Source: Priapulus caudatus (taxonomy: Eukaryota). Taken from it: a stretch of 28,038 nt of DNA. The first letter of the stretch is position 1, and every line of letters starts with the position of its first letter. The translations under genes and the position numbers were made by a program. The stretch spans positions 183,880 to 211,917 of the forward strand of contig NW_014577081.1 of assembly GCF_000485595.1 (NCBI RefSeq). Direction: 5' to 3'. Below are positions 23,420-28,038 of this stretch, piece by piece. Below the pieces are notes generated by a model. The model worked only from the letters and a program-made list of their open reading frames with translations. It was not told the DNA's origin and searched no databases.

Positions 23420-23526
23420 CTATGTACTTAGTTAGCAAGTACATTTCTGAGAACACAGAGACTGTTGTGCTATTCTCGGGTGAAGGGGCCGATGAGGTGT
23501 GCCAGGGATACATATATTTCCACAAT
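23420..23526 (+). CDS. ASNS: ASNS coding exon 7
   Basis: 107 nt. (A)[35 protein letters not shown] contains the SGEG.DE motif. Confidence 0.96.
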
Positions 23527-23730
23527 GTGAGCATACAGCACCATCAAGGAGAAATCGTTGTTACACACAAACTTGTAGCATCATTATTTTAATTTTTGAA
23601 AGTATTAATACCGTCGTACGCGAAGGCGTTTTGCATTCCACTTGCAATTCATAATTACCAGGAATGTATTTTAAATAAATGATTCATGGTTCAAGTGCTA
23701 TTTGAAGATATTAATAGATTTTTTACTCAG

Positions 23731-23831
23731 GCCCCATCAGAAGAAGAGGGCGATAAGGAGAGCAGACGACTTCTTCGTGATCTTTATATGTTTGACAACC
23801 TAAGAGCAGACAGAACCATAGCTGCGCATGG
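23731..23831 (+). CDS. ASNS: ASNS coding exon 8
   Basis: 101 nt. [33 protein letters not shown](G). Confidence 0.96.
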
Positions 23832-24137
23832 GTACTTGTGCAAAGTCTTGTTTGCTTTAATCTTCTAAAATGAGTTTTGGTTTTTCTTTTTAATTTAGAA
23901 AAGTCTTGGTTTATAGAATGTAATTTAATAAGATCAGGTAACTTGCAAAACCATGTTTATTCACCACATTCTGGTAGCCTCTTGCCGTGCTGGTTATTTG
24001 CCTTATTTATACTTATACATCAGCATGACCATAGGTACCAGCATTGACTTCATGACAGCTACCATGCAATTACTACACGAATATTTTGCCTTAGCTGTAC
24101 AGCGCCTGTGTGAATTCCTGCCTCCTTTGTCGATCAG

Positions 24138-24375
24138 GTTGGAGTTGCGGGTGCCCTTTCTCGACCACCAGTTCTCTGCCTACTACCTATCGCTGCCAGC
24201 CTCCGAGCGTCAGCCGCGACATGGGGTGGAGAAGTACCTTCTCAGAAAGGCCTTCTCCGGCATGGGTCTCATCCCGGAGGATATCCTGTGGCGCGCGAAG
24301 GAGGCGTTCAGCGACGGCGTCTCCTCGGAGAAGGCATCTTGGTTTGAGACGTTGCAAAAGCACCTTGAGACAAAG
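24138..24375 (+). CDS. ASNS: ASNS coding exon 9
   Basis: 238 nt. [12 protein letters not shown]...EKYLLRKAF...[15 protein letters not shown]...ETK|gtgtgt. Confidence 0.96.
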
Positions 24376-24416
24376 GTGTGTCTGTGTGTGCATGCATGTG
24401 TGTGTACGTGTTTCTT

Positions 24417-24469
<53 letters not shown>

Positions 24470-24852
24470 CTGTGTGTGTGTTTGTGTATACGTGCACGCG
24501 TGCGTGCGTCCGCGTGTGTGTGTGAGTGTGTGTGTGTGTGCGTGCGTGTGTGTACGTGTTTCTGTCTGTGTGTGGTGTGTGTGTATGCGTGCGTGCGTGC
24601 GTGTGTGTGTGTGTGTGAGTCTGTGTGCGTGTGTGTGTGCACGTGCGCGCGTGTGGGTACACGCGCGCTTGTGTGTGCACGTGCGCGTGTGTGTGCGTGT
24701 GCGCATGTGTGTGTGCGTGTGCGCATGCGTGTGCGCATGCGTGTGCGTATGCGGCAGTATTTCCGCGTGTTTGTATTTGTGCATGTGCGTGTGCGTGCAT
24801 GCATGTGCGTGTGCGTGCATGTATGTGCGTGTGCGTGCATGCATGTGCGTGC
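24376..24852. repeat. Compound (CT)n + (GT/GC)n microsatellite
   Basis: Visible runs beginning at the exon 9 donor. Confidence 0.95.
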
Positions 24853-25080
24853 TTATAATCACGAGATGATTGACCTTTTTTCAATGTTTGTATCACCAAA
24901 ATTTATAACAAAACTTGACTTAAAAAACTAAAGATAGGCATTCAGATTCTCTTGATTTTGGAACTGTGATACAGTCTTGGTATTACAAATAACTCGCTCT
25001 GCTACGTGTCAAATTATATATTCATATATAATATATATATAATTTAATGTATTACAAATCAAGGTGATGTTATTGTTTAG

Positions 25081-25290
25081 GTTTCGATAAAGAGATGGCA
25101 GAAGAGACTGCTGAGAAGTATCCACTAAACACCCGCCACCACAAAGGAGGCTTGTTACTATCGACAAATATTTTGAGAGTTATTATCCTGATCATCGGCG
25201 CTGGTCTCTTGACATGTGGATCCAAGAAGACTGGACTGAGGCAACTGACCCATCTGTCGCGCACTGCCAGCAACTTGATAGTTCATGAGC
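25081..25290 (+). CDS. ASNS: ASNS final coding exon (indel-rich; stop position approximate)
   Basis: tttag| acceptor. EKYPLNT, TKEACYYRQI, FESYYP and WTEATDPS are recognisable across frames. Confidence 0.85.
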
Positions 25291-25368
25291 ACAGAGAGAA
25301 AGATAGATATAGAGAGAATCGGAGAGCAGCGATAGGAGGGAGAGAGAGAGAGATAGGGAGATAGAGGA
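25287..25368. repeat. (GA)n-rich tract
   Basis: Visible. Confidence 0.8.
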
Positions 25369-25486
25369 ATGCTTCTGCGTTTGCTAAAATTGGCCGGGGA
25401 ATGGCTATGGACATTGGTGCCCAAGGACATAATTAAATGATGATTGATTTATATCGCCTGTTAGAATATATCTGTGTATGTCACCT

Positions 25487-25740
25487 GACTAAAATCACGG
25501 CTTATATTTACAGAATTCTATGTTCGGTTCACATGTTGAGTCCTATAAAGGTAACGCAGTTAGAAAGTGTAGTGTAGAGCCGCGCAGGTAGGGAGATTTT
25601 ATCACTTATTAGTAATCTATGGTATCGCACGCTGACTAAAATCGCGTTAATATTTGCAAAATTCTATGTCGGTTGCATTTAGACTGGAATTTTATCACTT
25701 ATTATTAATCCGGTTTGTATTCCAGTTTTATGGCTAAAAT
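25487..25740. repeat. Imperfect tandem repeats downstream of the ASNS CDS
   Basis: gactaaaatc...aattctatgt(t)cggtt at ~25487 and ~25634; ttttatcacttatta at ~25597 and ~25690. Confidence 0.7.
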
Positions 25741-26589
25741 ACACCATGTACGTGCACAGCATACTGTGTGCATTGATTTATGCCGCGTAGCTTTATTCTG
25801 TTACTGTTATTAGGAAGTTATTTTCTTGTCCATGGTGTTGTTTACTTCGCTTCCAGTCTGGGGAATATGTACGTTCAACTGTTCACCATCGCTGTCATCT
25901 GGTCAGCCTTGCTGGCTCTGCCGGGTGAACAATGCCAGAACACTAAACTATTATTATCAGCAGTAAGTAAAAAACAAATGTTTATTTTATTGCTCCTGAT
26001 ATAATTTTGTTGTCGTTCTGTTGTTTATCTTGACCCATTCCTAGAAATTAGGACATCATTTGCTTTCAAGTATACGATTGTGGCAAAAAGGAAAGCTCAC
26101 TGAAAGATATAATACGTTGTTTGAAATGTGAGTATGTCTATACTTATGTTATTTTAAGATACCTATGTCGCACGATGATCTTGCTCTGATAAAAAAAAAA
26201 GTCAAATAAAATCGAGAGTGAGTGGGAAAATAAGTACGTTTCAATATTCTGCTCTATATAGTTAGAACGTGTATTTCTTCACACGCACGTCCGCTCGCAC
26301 GCACGCCGTACTCACACACACATACTCACGAGTAAGTTTGCATATGTGTGTTCGTGCGTTCGTGCGTTCGTGCGTGTGAGTTAATAGTGCTAGTCATGTG
26401 TTAGGTTTCGCCGGGCTTTTTTTGATGAATTATTGCCTTTGTTAATGAGATATAACGCCCATGCACGTGCAGTAAATACGTGGCAGTATTCTGGCAACAG
26501 GGACTTCGTCACATCCTCGCAAGACGCTCGCAATTCACGGGGAAGTCGCACGCTTCTGGGCTCTTCGCACCACGCGGTGAAGTCTAGAG

Positions 26590-27022
26590 CTGCTCCAGCC
26601 TCCCCCATCCTCTCCGCCAGCAATTCTCATCTTCTCTCGCAGCTTCGCCCATCTTCTCCGCCAGCATCCCCAATCCCTCTCCAGCTTTTCCCTCTCTCAG
26701 CCCCCCCCCACATCCTCTCCCAGCATCCCCATTCTCTCCCAGCTTTCCCCCTCTCCCAGCCCCACCCACATCCTTCCCAGCTTCCCATCATTTTCTCCAC
26801 AGCCCCGCCCGACATTCGCTTCTCCCAGCTTCCGCCATTCTCTCGCGCAGCATCCCATCCTGTCCCAGTCCCCACATCTTCTCCCAGCCCCCCACATCCT
26901 GCTCCCAGCTTCACCGTTCTGCTCCCCAGCAACCCCCCATCCTCTCCCAGCTCACCCACGAGGTTCTCCCACCCCCTTTCCTTTCCCAGTTCCTCTCTCG
27001 CAGCCCCCCGCACATCCTCTCG
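26590..27022. repeat. C-rich ~20-bp minisatellite (consensus about CCCAGCTTCCCCCATCCTCT)
   Basis: Repeated ctcccagc...catcct units. Confidence 0.85.
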
Positions 27023-27199
27023 CTCAAGAATAACACCGACATTGTAATTACAATTGTTTGGCGAGGTAAGGAAAAATAGCGAGTATTTATGACACAATTC
27101 ATTTATTTAACTTCTTTATGTTGTAGCGTTATCTATTTAATGTATTTTAAAAAAAGATAAAATCGATTCATCATAAAACAAATTTCTCTCCTATATATT

Positions 27200-28038
27200 T
27201 GTCAATTGAAACTTTAACTGAATGTTGTGTGAACATTTTCAACGAACTATTCCGAAGAAGAGAAATAACTCGTCCTACTGCGTGACAGCGTGTCATATGT
27301 CATTCTGATGTCGGGCCACTGGAATTTCCGAAGCCAGCCCGGGCTGCGAACGCAAATTTGAGCCGGGTACTAAAATGCGAATTGGAGGCCCGAGTAGTAT
27401 AAGGAGTTAATTGAGCGCAAGCCCCAGTTCCGCCGCGTAACGCATGCATGAGGCGTATGCACGCAGCGGCGCCGGTTCGATATAAAGTCCTTAATGAGTT
27501 TGCGTACTCGTCAGCGACTTCTGATTAGTGGGATTTGAGACGGTCAGTACTTTTGTTCTTCGCTGCCGGTGGCGTGGCAGCGGTCTTTGCGAACCAAGCC
27601 TCGCGGTAGGTAGTCGCAGCTGGCAGTTCCCATTCCACCTAAATGCGTCCACGGGCCGTGAGATGGATGAATAGCTTTTCCTTTCCACAGTTTGCTAGAG
27701 GAAAGATACAGAATGTACAGCATATAACATCCGATAATATAAGTTTCGTACGTGCGCACGCTGGCTTAGATGCGTTCGTGTATCTGTGAACATGTGTCTG
27801 ATTTTCTCTCGATTCTGATCCACCTGCTTAATTAATGGTTTCCAAGAAAGCCTGATTATTGGATATACATAGCAGTAATTATCAATGAAAAATATACTAA
27901 ATTTGCAGAAAACTTTTATATAGAAGTGGCAATAAATGGAAAATTAGAGGGGCGAACCTAGAGCGACATAAACATAAAAAGACATTAGCGTACGAAAAAA
28001 TAACACTTCTAAACAACTACTAACAATCCTATGCGTTA
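27200..28038 (+). repeat. Direct copy of 7035-7821
   Basis: Colinear; differs by many 1-nt indels. Confidence 0.95.
27215..27694 (-). CDS. Olfactomedin exon, copy B (frameshifted as assembled)
   Basis: Homologous to 7046-7500; VSNPTNQKSL retained. Confidence 0.7.

Noticed and set aside
18947..25290. Calling ASNS a pseudogene
   Set aside because: Frameshifts are confined to noisy blocks and differ between copies. The clean exons keep frame, splice sites and catalytic motifs.
26390..26623. ARAWALYLINKGNN as the missing olfactomedin GLWVIY exon
   Set aside because: The resemblance is too weak, and there is no preceding D.AVDE motif or convincing splice sites.
26433..27102. Pro/Ser-rich and Gly/Glu-rich ORFs
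   Set aside because: They arise from the C-rich minisatellite and have no recognisable domain.

Overview
Animal (probably invertebrate) genomic DNA from a draft assembly, with two N gaps (7010-7034, exactly 25 N; ~13609-14391). The window holds a glutamine-dependent asparagine synthetase gene (ASNS, + strand). One copy is complete, with ten coding exons at 18947-~25290. A second, partial direct copy has coding exons 1-4 at 3650-5993. An inverted fragment carrying exons 7-8 lies at 6050-7008. A convergent olfactomedin-domain gene (- strand, 7046-~9180) is also partly duplicated at 27200-28038. The order [CA tract - ASNS - olfactomedin] therefore repeats with a period of about 20 kb. Large parts (about 1-5100, 14392-22000 and 25000-28038) differ between copies mainly by scattered 1-nt indels, which look like uncorrected long-read error. 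Part or all of the duplication may thus be an assembly or haplotype artefact. However, the clean inverted fragment differs from the main copy by 4 amino-acid changes in 208 coding nt. Introns and intergenic DNA contain nested hAT-type non-autonomous transposons with target-site duplications (TSDs), one retaining a transposase remnant. They also contain a degenerate piggyBac-like transposase that may carry introns, several MITE-like elements, and long micro- and minisatellites. I found no RNA genes, CRISPR arrays or convincing novel system.
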